Shown piece after piece: positions 29,078 to 41,000 of a stretch of 64,000 nt of DNA. Under the pieces are notes generated by a model that saw only the letters and a list, made by a program, of their open reading frames with translations, did no database searches and was not told the DNA's origin. The DNA comes from a virus: positions 37,582-101,581 of the IMG/VR virus record IMGVR_UViG_3300020403_002374; one strand, written 5' to 3'. The translations under genes were made by a program, and so were the position numbers. Position 1 is the stretch's first letter, and each line of letters opens with the position of its first letter.

Positions 29078-32000
29078 TAGAATCCTCTCATCCGTAATGG
29101 TAATGAGCCTGTAGACTGTGTGGAAGTCAAACTCAGGTTCAGACTGCTTGCTACTGGGCCGCTTGGTGCCGTAATGTTTAAGAATAATCCACTCTGATCT
29201 ATCGCGTCTGCATACACTATCCCACTAACTCCAAAGTTATACATTCCTAGATTATTATACACATTTGCCATGTCTGCACCCAAGAGAGCAAGATTCATGT
29301 CTCCAGAGCGGGGGGTTGGTCTACCGGAAATATTTAGGTTTAATAATTCGTTTACTTCCACTGCTGGTCGAAGAGTAAATTTAATATTATCAATATAAGG
29401 TCGATGCCCAATAAATCCTTTCTCAGCAGGATCAAATCCAGAAACTTCTAGGAAAATATCACCCACAGAGTTTGTAAATACTAGCCCGGAAACCTTGTAT
29501 TCTTCTACTGGACCCGTCTCATTCTGATACACTCTAGTAGCAACTCTATCATTGTCACCTCGATCCTTCTTGGTTCCAAACACATGAGCATCTATCCACC
29601 CACCACTGTTAGGTATTGCTTCTGGCTGTTCTCTGAGCATAGCATCATAAGTAAATGCAGCACCAGCATCTCTAAGGTCTTTAGAGAAGTGATCTCCACT
29701 TACAGGCCAGATGTGATTTGGTGCTCCAATTACAGTTGTGTAGTCGCTGTCTCCCCTACCCGCTCTATGTATAGATACAGATTTTCCATAATTATCAAAT
29801 TCATTTCCACTAGTCTTATGAATAATTGGTGCCCCCGGAGCAGGACTCTTAATAGACCAGTTGCCCTGCTCTCTACCTTTGTAGCCACTTTGAGCAACAA
29901 GTTTTTGAGCAAATACCCAAGACTGTTCTCGTTTTTGGAAATCAACTAATTTATTTCTGTAATTATAAACTGCACCGGCATTTAGAACCATTACACCGCT
30001 GGTATTTTCAAACCTGTCAACCCTAGTGCCAGAATCTCCTAAGTCAAAGAACTTGTGTAGAGGTATATCAAACGCTCCGGTGAAGTTCTTTCTGGTAAAC
30101 GCTGTGTTTAATCCATTAGGATCAATATTATTTGGATCTTCAAGTCCACCGCCACTATAAATGTGCTGGTGAATTGTCTGGAAATCGTGATTGGGAGCAC
30201 CGATAACGCACATGTCGCAGTCTATAGATACAGCAAGACCAAACCGATCAGATTGTTTTGCCCCACTAATAATCACAGTCGGATCTGATATTTGGTGTGG
30301 TCCCCTAACTGCTGTAAGTGCTTCAGCGGCGGTTGGTCTAAAGTCGTATATGCCAACATTCAAGCTACTAGGTCTGATTTTTTGAGTGAATTCCCAAGCT
30401 AATCTTTCAGCTATTAAGTTCTCACCACTGGTCGTTCTATCGAATATAAATGCCGCACCAGCACCCCCATCTTCTGCAACGATCATATTTTCTTTATTAG
30501 AAACATTATCTTGCATGTAATGCCAAGGTGTGACGCCACTAATGCCGCTAGGGTTGTAGAATCCATTAAATGGTGTTCCAACTATGAGTCTACCTTGCGA
30601 AAGATCAATTGAGTATCCAAACAAATCACCGGCACAACCAGAGTTATAAACATCAAAATCTAGATAGTCGGTGTTTGTTGCTTTCATCAAATCACTCATA
30701 CCACCTCGAATTTGAGCATCAGCAATAGTACCCTTTTGATCTCTATCAATTGGTGGTTCTTCTCCTAACAATTCATTATAAAATTCTGGAGATACAGGGT
30801 TATCTGCAATAATGTCTAAGAAGTCACCACTAAATCTAGGCCACATTCCGTAATCGTCTAGTACATTGTCATTAAATTGCTCTTTCCTGACTGCTATTTC
30901 TATAGGATCTCTAACTTCATCTGGTCTTCCGGCTGTCACAGTAGGATTCAGAGCATAATCTTCATTATCATAGAATTCGCTTAAATCGTATGATTCTAAA
31001 CCGGCTCCTCCACCGCCATAAAGTTTTTCAAATATCATATCTTGAACAGATTGACCGCTGACAGCATTATACTTACCGGGACTACCTACTTCAGGGGCAC
31101 GAATTTTTTGAGCAAAATACCAGTTTCTTGTATTGTCAAACGATAATTCTTCTGGGCCAGATTGTGAACCGCCCAAACCGTCTGGGAAGAAGTCACCATC
31201 ATCCTGTGGTTTATCATAATCCTCTGGGCTTGGTGGGTATAGACTTCTAATAAACTTCTGATTGCCTTCTATGGCATCACTACCACGGTATTGTGGGCAA
31301 AGACCTTGAATTATTGTGGAGTCTGATACGACAATAATATGAGATTTTCTTCTACCGGCTGGGAAGCTAGAAAATTGCTCTGGCTCTTCTGCTACAATAA
31401 CCGGACCGTCTTGTATATACTCTTGACCAAAGTTAGCATTTTCACACTTATCCTCTGCCCAACCTCCCGGTATGCAGTAAGGATTACTTAGATGTTGTAC
31501 AGGTCTTGAGAATCCGGGGATCTCTCCTGATTGTGCAGGGTTTACGATCCATTCACACTCCTCGTTGTATCCAACTATCTTCTTGCCACTTGTTGTGGTG
31601 ATAACAGTTTCGCTTATGATTTCTAAAGGACAACCTGAAATTGACAGGAATCTTGGGGTGGTTGGTAAAACACCTTCTTTAATTTTATCTCTAGGTATAC
31701 CGTTTGCCCATACGTCTGTATTTAGTTTAACCTTGAACGAAGTTTCTGTCGCCCTAAAATCTATAATTGTTTGCTGTGGAACCCTTCGTGTTGTACGCTC
31801 TAAATCAATTGGAGATCCACAAACCTCGCTGTCGCCAAATATTCCATCAAAACCTCCATCTGGATCAGGGTCATCGGAACCACCTTCGGTAAATCCGCAA
31901 ATATTAAATTCTTCTGTGTCGGTTTCTGACACCCAGTTTATAAACATTCTATATCCAGAATTTTTGACTACCGGGAAGTCTACAACCGCCTCACCATCTA

Positions 32001-35000
32001 TCTTATACCTATTAGTTGGATATATGGTAAATGTTTCTGTAATATCATCTGGGAACCAGATAATCTTTTCATAATCTTGACCACCAGATAATGGAACAAA
32101 TACCTTCATAGTAACTTCATTATCAAGACCAACTGGGTCTTTTGGTGTAGTTGCTGGACTAAACTCTACTCCGCTCATACTTGTAGCAAAATTGTAACCA
32201 TCTTGAGCAAATCCATAGCCAAAGTCACAACCGCTAACTGGGTCTGTAGAAGTATCAACAAACTGTGTCGAACCCTCTAATCTATCGTAGCCGGTAATGA
32301 TTTGATCTGTGTCCCAATATTCTCCCCTACTAGGTATGAAAAATGGTCTACTTGTCAAGTTTACGCCACTTACTAAGTGGTCTACATTCTCTGCAATATC
32401 TTGGCGACTATTTGGATCTACACCATTATATGTGACAACAAGTTTTTTATTGCCTCGATTTAACCAAGTCTTTATTTTTTCAACATCGCTTTCAGAAGCC
32501 TTACTCAGTGGTTGAGCAATCCAAGCAAAGTCAACAGTGTCTCGTAAATCATCTAGGGTTTTATTCTCAAGAAAATATCCGCCATTGTTGTTTTTGGAAA
32601 ATTCAAAGTTTAACTTATCTGCAAGACCGTGATCGTTTTCATTAGCAGCACCAGTATAGTAAGCACTGCTTAGAGATTCGTGACCTGTAAAGCCATTTAT
32701 TTGAATACCTCTAGGTGCGTCATCACAGTTCTTGCGAACCATATTGATGTAAAATTCTGTATTCTTGTCGTCGTTTAGTGTTGGTGAATCAATACCGCGA
32801 GAGTTATCATCTTCGCTCCATTGAGATCCAATGACATAGACTTGCGAATTATTATGATCGCCAGAATCGAACCGTCCAGACTCGACAAGTGCTAAAATAC
32901 TTATTGGATAAACTACTTTTGTCTCTTTTCTTTCTTCGTCCTCTGGGTAGTAAGATCTACCAATACCTTGGACCAATCCATCCCTGTTATTCTTCACGTC
33001 TGGATCAATAAAGTCTGGCCCACTAACGTTCCAAGAATTAAGAATACCTTCTACGTTGCTATTCTCATCTTCCTGTATATTAAATTCTACATAATCAACG
33101 TTGTGATCAGCAAATTCATACGTAGTAGATCCTCTAGTCTTTTTAATCCATTTGTAGATAGGGGTGTAGGTACAGAACAATCCAGATGTTGCTGGTCTAT
33201 ACCAGCTACTTGGAGGAACATGTTCCATAGTTGTTAATACAGGAACCGGCTCATTACCCTGTTTTCTAAACATTGGGACCGGTGGATCATCGCAAGGTGG
33301 TGTAAAGTTACCAAACTGGAAAGGCCAGTTTTTGACATAAGTAATAACCTTGCAACCTCTAGGTGTGGTTTTAATACACTGTTCCAACCATCTAGCACGA
33401 AGGTCTCCGTGATGGGCAAGTGGGAACTCGCACTTATCATTTATTACTGGTGGTCCATCATCTTCGCATCCGTCACAACAAATACCCTCTGGACAACCAA
33501 AGTATTCTTTGTAATCTTCTAGGTTGTCTTGGGACAAGTCTATTCGGATGTCCCCAAAACCTTTCCCATAAAAATTACCGTAAGATACAGTAGGACCAGT
33601 GGTGTATGAAGGTGCTGGAACAGAGGTGATATTAAAGAGATCGTTATTTATATCCTCTTGACTGACACATATACCACTAGGTGTACCTTGCATCGCATAA
33701 GATTCATCTTTAGCAGCAAATATTCTCATTCTAGAATCTAGCTTATTGAGAACTTTGTTGATAACATCATTAGACTTTTTATACAGTCCGTTTTCTTCCC
33801 AGACAGGATCGTTACCTACTAAAACAAGGTTTCTGTCTCCAAGTGCCAACCAATCTTTAATGTTTTCTATAATTTCATCACTAGCGGAATCAAGTTCTGG
33901 CGTAGTAATAAAACAAAGACCGGCATCTGTTGGAATAGATATTTCAGAGAAATCCATCCTTCTAAATGGTTTTGCTTTGTAATTAGAAGTACCATCAGAG
34001 TTTTCACCAAATATTTGATCCCACTGATCATAAAGCCCTTGCCGTTTCTCTTCGGGGTGACTGTTCATGTCAAGGTTGCCAAATCTTCCAAATTCAACAA
34101 TCTTGTCGTGCGGATAATACTTTCTAGATTCAAAGATTCTTACAGCACCACCGTGTTGGAACGAATTCCATCTTTCTAAACCTGTTCCCCAGACATTCAC
34201 ATCCTCAAACAAGTTAAATGAGTCTGTTGGTGCTCCAAATGCAGCAATGTTTCCATCTTCACTTACAGCAGTACTCCAACCAAGTCTAGACGTGGGAGCA
34301 AACTCGCTTGCTAACCATTTGTTTGTACCCACGTAGTTGATACTAGAGTAGTTGTATCCAAAGGAAAGTTTGTATGGCTGTGGTAAGTTCGGACCCCAAT
34401 AATTGACTTCGTTTCTAAACCTAAATCTTTCAGAAGATCCGATGTGGTCGTATGTAGAAACCTTGGCTATGCTTTCTCCAGATTGCGACAGAATTGTATC
34501 ATAGTGAATCACAGCATCTGTCAAGCCGCCACTTTCACAGTATTTTCTAATATTGTCATAAACTCGTTGATTTGCTGAATCATCTCTCTCGTAGATTCTA
34601 ACCGGCGTTGTTTTCCAAGGACTACCGATTGTAACAACCTCAGAGTTTGCACTTATACCTACAGAGTGACCGAACCTATCATTGGGTGTAAAGCTGTACA
34701 TTTCTGACATAAGATCTTCTGGTTCGTCTGAAAGATCTGATATGTCATCTGGAGATACAATAACTTGGATACAGTTAAATTCATCTCTTTCTTTTTCAAA
34801 TATGTAAACGCGACCACCCGACGCTGGAGGTATCTGGAAGCTGTTTCTAATTTGAGTGTGTGTATCGCCCCACTCCTGACCAACACCACTTGCTATGAAA
34901 TCTCTATTAAGTGTTTCATTGGTAAATGTTCGAGAAAGTCTACCTGAATCAAAAGTATCGCTAATTAACTGTCTAGTTGTAAGGTAGACATCTTCTGATT

Positions 35001-38000
35001 TTCCAACAATGGTATTTAAGTGACCGCTTTGCTTAATCTCTTGTACAAAGTCTTGAACGCCACTAGAATATGTCCAATTTACATAATAATCTTCTATTCT
35101 GTCATATAGACTTCTAACGGTATTGGTCGTTACGTCTGTATATCTTAATGCACCGGCAGTCGATCCCGTTTGCTCTTTGAACATACCCATGATTGGGGGT
35201 AGTCCGCTGTAAATTACATTTTGTCTAACAGGGAATAATGCATCTAAACATTCGACAACACCACTAAACTGTGTATCAAAGATAACAGGCTGTGCAGCTT
35301 CAATCTTATCTGAAACACTAGCGTCTGAACCAACAAGACCACCACCAACTTCAAGCAACAAGTCTAAGTCGTCAAGTCTAGGAATATACTTGTGTTGGAA
35401 CCAACTAGCTTCGTCTTTAGGAACATCTTTGTATTCTTTATCCGCATAAGTTAACTGTAAAACTATAACTTTGGTATTTACTTGAGGATACCATTCATCT
35501 GCTCCGGGGTTCCAAGGTGGAGTAAAGTATTTCCAAAGAACGTTAAATCTTTGAGCAGCACCAGCAACACCTTGTAGTTTTTTCTTGTCATAGCTAAACA
35601 AGTCAGCAACCATTAAAGTTGCACAATCAATACCAGACGTAGGAATATCAACGAAATCTCTTTCCCATTTAGCCCTTGGTGCTCCAATTATTAAGGTTTG
35701 TCTATCACCGCTATTGCACATATCAAGCGACTCACCAAACCGACGACCTTCTTGACCTAATTGCCACTTAACCCCAGAGATTGTAAGATTATCGAACCTT
35801 AATACATTTTGTACTGATCTTTGAACGTAGTCTTTTCTAAATCCGGTTGGAAGCATAATTTGGTGCTCAAATGTCCAATTAGCTTTTTGGCCCGGAACAT
35901 CTTCTCCCCGTCTGTACAAGAATACAGAACCAGCACCAGATACGTCTACTTGACCCGGATCAATAGCTGGAGAACCTTCAGCATAGTAATCTTCTATACC
36001 TCTATTTGGATCAAAGTCTGGAATTGTAAGATCTGGAGCAGATACAGCCATTAAGTCATCTTTTACAGAAACAGCCGATCCAAACCTTGCGTGAGCTTGT
36101 CGTCCAGAGGCTATTAAAGATTCTGGATCGTATTCTATACCGTCTATAGATATACCAGAATCATCTCCAACCAACTTAATTCCTGAGAAGACAATGTTCT
36201 GTTGACAAACCTCGTTGCAACACCCACTATTATCTGTCCCCGGAGCTATATGTGTGTACCAATCAGGACCACACATTCCGTATTCCCACTCTTCAAATTC
36301 TCTTGGGACTGGAATTGGCTTAGTGTTGCCTGTCTTAATTGTCATTACCGCATCGTACCCAACAGCGGGAAGCAATTGAGTGTATTTTCTAATACCGTAG
36401 TAGTTTCCACTGTATCCAATTCCGCCCTCAAAGTTTGTAGCGGTAGGATTTGTGTATGTGTCTTTTGCCCTAAATGCACCACCTTCGTTGCAAGTTTCTT
36501 CTCTCCAAACTGTACAATCTGTAATCAATGCATCGTCGATAGCTTTACTTGGGCTATCGCCAGTGCAAGTACCGAAGGCTGTAAGATCTACACCCCTAAT
36601 CTCATTAGACACAAGAATAGATGCTAAATAATTGTCCTCTAATTCTATACCCGTTCCATATTCAACACCATCCCACAAGCCGTAAGCAGATCCAAAACCC
36701 TTAGACCCAACATTATAACTAGCGGTATACAAATTCATTACACCGCTATCAAGAGCTTCGATCTCTGGATTATGAACGTATAGATTTAGATTTTCTTCTA
36801 GCTTGTCTAGTGGTTTTATAATGAGCGGCATAGAAGCCGAAGATTTATTTCTTCCAGTTTTACTTCCACCAAGCAGTGTTAGTGTGACATCACCACTGGC
36901 AACAATCGGTGAATCATCACTAGGAAGTTGATCAAAGTTATTAAATAGAAGCGTGTTTAGTTGTGCCAATACGCCGGTAAGCCCTTCTGTTTGTGGAGCA
37001 AACAATGAAAGACTTAGATATGGATCTCCGCTAACTGGGAAAGATACTTCTGTATTTAAAAGCGTCAGATTAATACCATTAAGATTATTTGGATTTGGAT
37101 TTCCAACAACTTGAGCATTGGAAGATCCGGCGGTAGCACTACCATCCCCAGCAGATGACGCACCCTCTGCTCTAAAACCTTTTATATTATTGATCTGAGA
37201 TTGAATGTCTAGGGCGTTGAGTTTAGAATTAGATATGTCTCCAGATATTGTAAGTACCCCACCACTTACTGATACAGAGCCGCTACCATCATTTTCATTA
37301 TCAACAATCGTCACACTTGTAAAATCAGTTGCTAAAGCATCTATAAGAATATCTTCGCCACCAATTAATACGATGACTTGTCCACGTTCCGCACCCGGAG
37401 TTGTGAGCGGATCTTGGTCTTGCGATGAATCTGACCTTCCAAATACCTTGGGTAGTGCAAGATTCATATCTCCAGAAGATATCGGTGGGATCTGACCAGC
37501 GACATTCAAATTTAGAATAGCGTTGCCAGATTGTGGTGGTATAAATAATGGTAAACTACCATCAGCAATAATTGCACCACTAACACTTAGGTGGAACCCA
37601 CTAGGCATAGTTTGGAACAAATTACCCAAATTGTCTTCTTCATATTCATCAAAGACGCCATGAGGGAACGGAACTTGAATCTGAAGAGGTAAGATTCCAT
37701 TTTCTTCTCTAGGGAACCCTCCAATATTCAGTGTTAGCTCAGTCTCTGGGCGGAAAGCACCACTGACGTTAAGATGTAGTCCAGAAGGTAACGCACCGCT
37801 TAGTGGCACGCTACAGATATTGACATCTGACATTCTAACATGAGAAGAGTGCATCTCTAATCTAGATTCAAATGCGGGACCAGATGGGTAAACCAAATCA
37901 TACTGAACAAACATGTCATTGACATCTTTAGAGAAGTATGTTTCTTTAAACTCTCTTAGTCTCGGCTCTTCTGGGAATAAAGCCCAAGATTCAGTTTCGT

Positions 38001-41000
38001 CACAAAGGTCATCATAAGAGAAAGTAGAATCAAGTCGAATTAAACAACTAGAAGGCTTAATATAGTGAACCTTTCTGTTTACCAATCCCCAGTTAGGTTC
38101 ATCAGCGGTCCAGTAAGGCTCCTTAGATTTAGTATACAAGCTAACAATCATCCTTGGTCCTGATGGTGGTATATCTTCACAAGATTCCCACTTCATACCA
38201 GAAGCAAAATCGTGATTCAAAACCGTTTCCACAACCAAAGCACGATCTGAGAATTTATAACCGCAAGGTATATTTTTGGTGATACGCTTATTTACAGAAT
38301 AAAAACTATTTGGAACATCTGTTAAATGGAATCTTAAGAAATCATTTTCCATCTGGGTATGATACGCAACACCACTATCTACTTCTGACAGCAAAGGTAG
38401 AGTATTTAGTTGACTATATCCAGAGCCATGATGATTGATATGAAATACAATTTGCTCAGTGTTGGGCCTCTTTTGAAGTTGACTGAACCCAAATCCAAAC
38501 TGTGGCTGCTTGAAATCTCCAATTTCCCACTCGTTATAAGTGTCTTCGTTTACCCTATCCCAAAGTTTGTATCTATCTTGTAGATACGTTTCTCCGGGCT
38601 CAAAATACTTAACACGACTATTCTCAAAGAACTTATCTACTGTAACCTGTCTATAAGTTCTATCAGCATTATTTTCTACAATGTTTGTACCAGAACCATA
38701 CGTTATGCCCGACCCGCCAGTTGATATTCCAAACTCACTTACTAGCATGTTTATTCCAACGCCAGAACCAGTAGAGTATCCTAATATGACATCATCAGAC
38801 GTATTTATCTTTCTGTATAGTGGGTTTTGATTGAATTGATCCGAAGTAGCTCTAAGTACTTCCCAATCACCACTAGCAAATTCATTTTCAGTATATAATT
38901 TTAATCGTTGGTTACTGTGCTCATTGTAAGTCAGTAAGACATTTAGTGGGTATTGATATCCACTAAACATTACAGTGTCTTTGGCTTTAATTATCTGTGG
39001 TTGTGGATATGGGATAGGGGCTACCCCTCCATCCCCTACATACTCTTCTTGGGCTTGACCGCAAAGATACCCATCTTCGTAACCCAGAGAAAATTCCATA
39101 CCGTTCCCGTCACCGGCATTGTTGACAGAACCAAACTTAGATACTATCACGCCACTGTTAAATAAGTCGTAGTCTACTCCAGAAATATTAGAGTCCGGTG
39201 TAAATCTTACAAAGATAGCAAACCCGCTTGCAGTAGCAATATCACCGAAATCAATATACTGACCACCAGCTTCGCCACTAATTCTAATTACACTATCAAA
39301 AGCATCGGCAATCTTTCCGTACATAGGATTGTCAGCAAATGTAGTGCTACCTCTAGAAAGAGCAGTCCAATCTGTGGAGGTGTAATTACCACTAAATCCG
39401 GGTAAATGATCGTTAAAGAGTGTGCCACTAGCAAATCTCCAACCGATGTTTTGGTAAACCTCTGGTTCTCCCGGTACACCGGCAATCGTATGGAGACCAC
39501 TTACTGTACCATAACCACTAGGTAATGATGGACCCATATCAACAGATAAGACATATCTATTTTCTGGACCAAACTTATCAAACTTAAAATATCCAGATAA
39601 AAATGGATAATCTATAACTGGGTTTTCGTAGGCCAAGCTAAACTGATCAATATCATATGGTCCACGGACTGTGCCCTCTACCCCACGCCAACGTCTTGAG
39701 TAATTCGTCTTGAGTGAAGTTGTATCACCGCCACTATAAAGATGAGGCAGTTCTTCTAGGTGAGATATTGGTTTAAATCCAGACCCGTAGTTAAGTATGC
39801 TATCATTTCCAGACATTCCAGACGGAAAGAGTCTACCTTCTAATCTTCCATCTTGTGCTTTTCCAAACTTCTCTCCACCTTGAGAATACATATTAAAGGC
39901 AGACTGCGGCGTGTATTTTACGCATAACTCTGCGTAAGCAAGTGCAGCACCACTTGGGAATGGGAAAATGTCAAGATAAATTCTTTCTAAATTAGAACTC
40001 ATCTTGTAGTCTTTGGGTTGACCAAATCTTACATTTTCATCAAGTATCTCTAATGGGACTTCATACCATTGGAACTCAGTTGTATTCACGGTTGGGTACT
40101 GCGTCAGCCGGTAGTGATCATTCCCGCTGGCCTCAAAGTAATCGTCGAGTTCTGATAGAGACTGTGCAGATAAAGGCCAGTCGTTTCCATGAAAGCCAGA
40201 TACAACTGGATAATTACCCACACTTCCATAAGAACCATGAACAGAAGTATCGTTTAAGGCAATTCCAGATGGGTTTTGTAAGAATCCACCAGATGGTGAG
40301 GTCACATTTAATAGTTTATCATTACTGTATCCCACTACATCTATGATAAAATCTCTATCGTCTGCACTTGCTTTCTTAGCTAAAACTTTAAGTGTTACAG
40401 ACTCAAAATTGTAAAATATAGAATCTTGATCTACGTTTTCGTTTCTATTTTGAACATTAAATGCACCGCTTGGTTCCCACCAAATATTTTTAGTGCTTTG
40501 GTCAAATTCAAAGTTGAAAGCACCGTCTGTTATTTCATCGACATCGCTGTGGCAATCACCGAACCTAAGTACAAGTTTACCTGAATCAGCTATTCCCCCA
40601 CCCGTCTGCTCAGATAGCTCAATATATCTTTTAAGATTTTTGTCTCTTAGTATTTTTATTAATTCATCGGTTCCGCATGTTGTTGTATTATCATTATCGG
40701 AAGGTAATTGATAACCCCCTGCACGCCAAACAGAAGATACAGGTGGGTATAACGTTGTATCAAAAGTGTTGAGTCCAATAAAGTTAGGTTTTATGCAACG
40801 TTCTAGCCGTATACCCTTGTCTCTGACCGGAACACGCATACCCAGATAATCTTCTCTGGAAGGTCCAAAACCACCGCTATTACAAATCTCAAACGAAGAT
40901 AGTCTAAATCCGTATGTTGGGTTTATAAATTTAGTTTCCTGCGTAGACAGCGGTTGACCATCTAGAGCTAAATACCTATTACCAGCCTCATCGGTGATAA

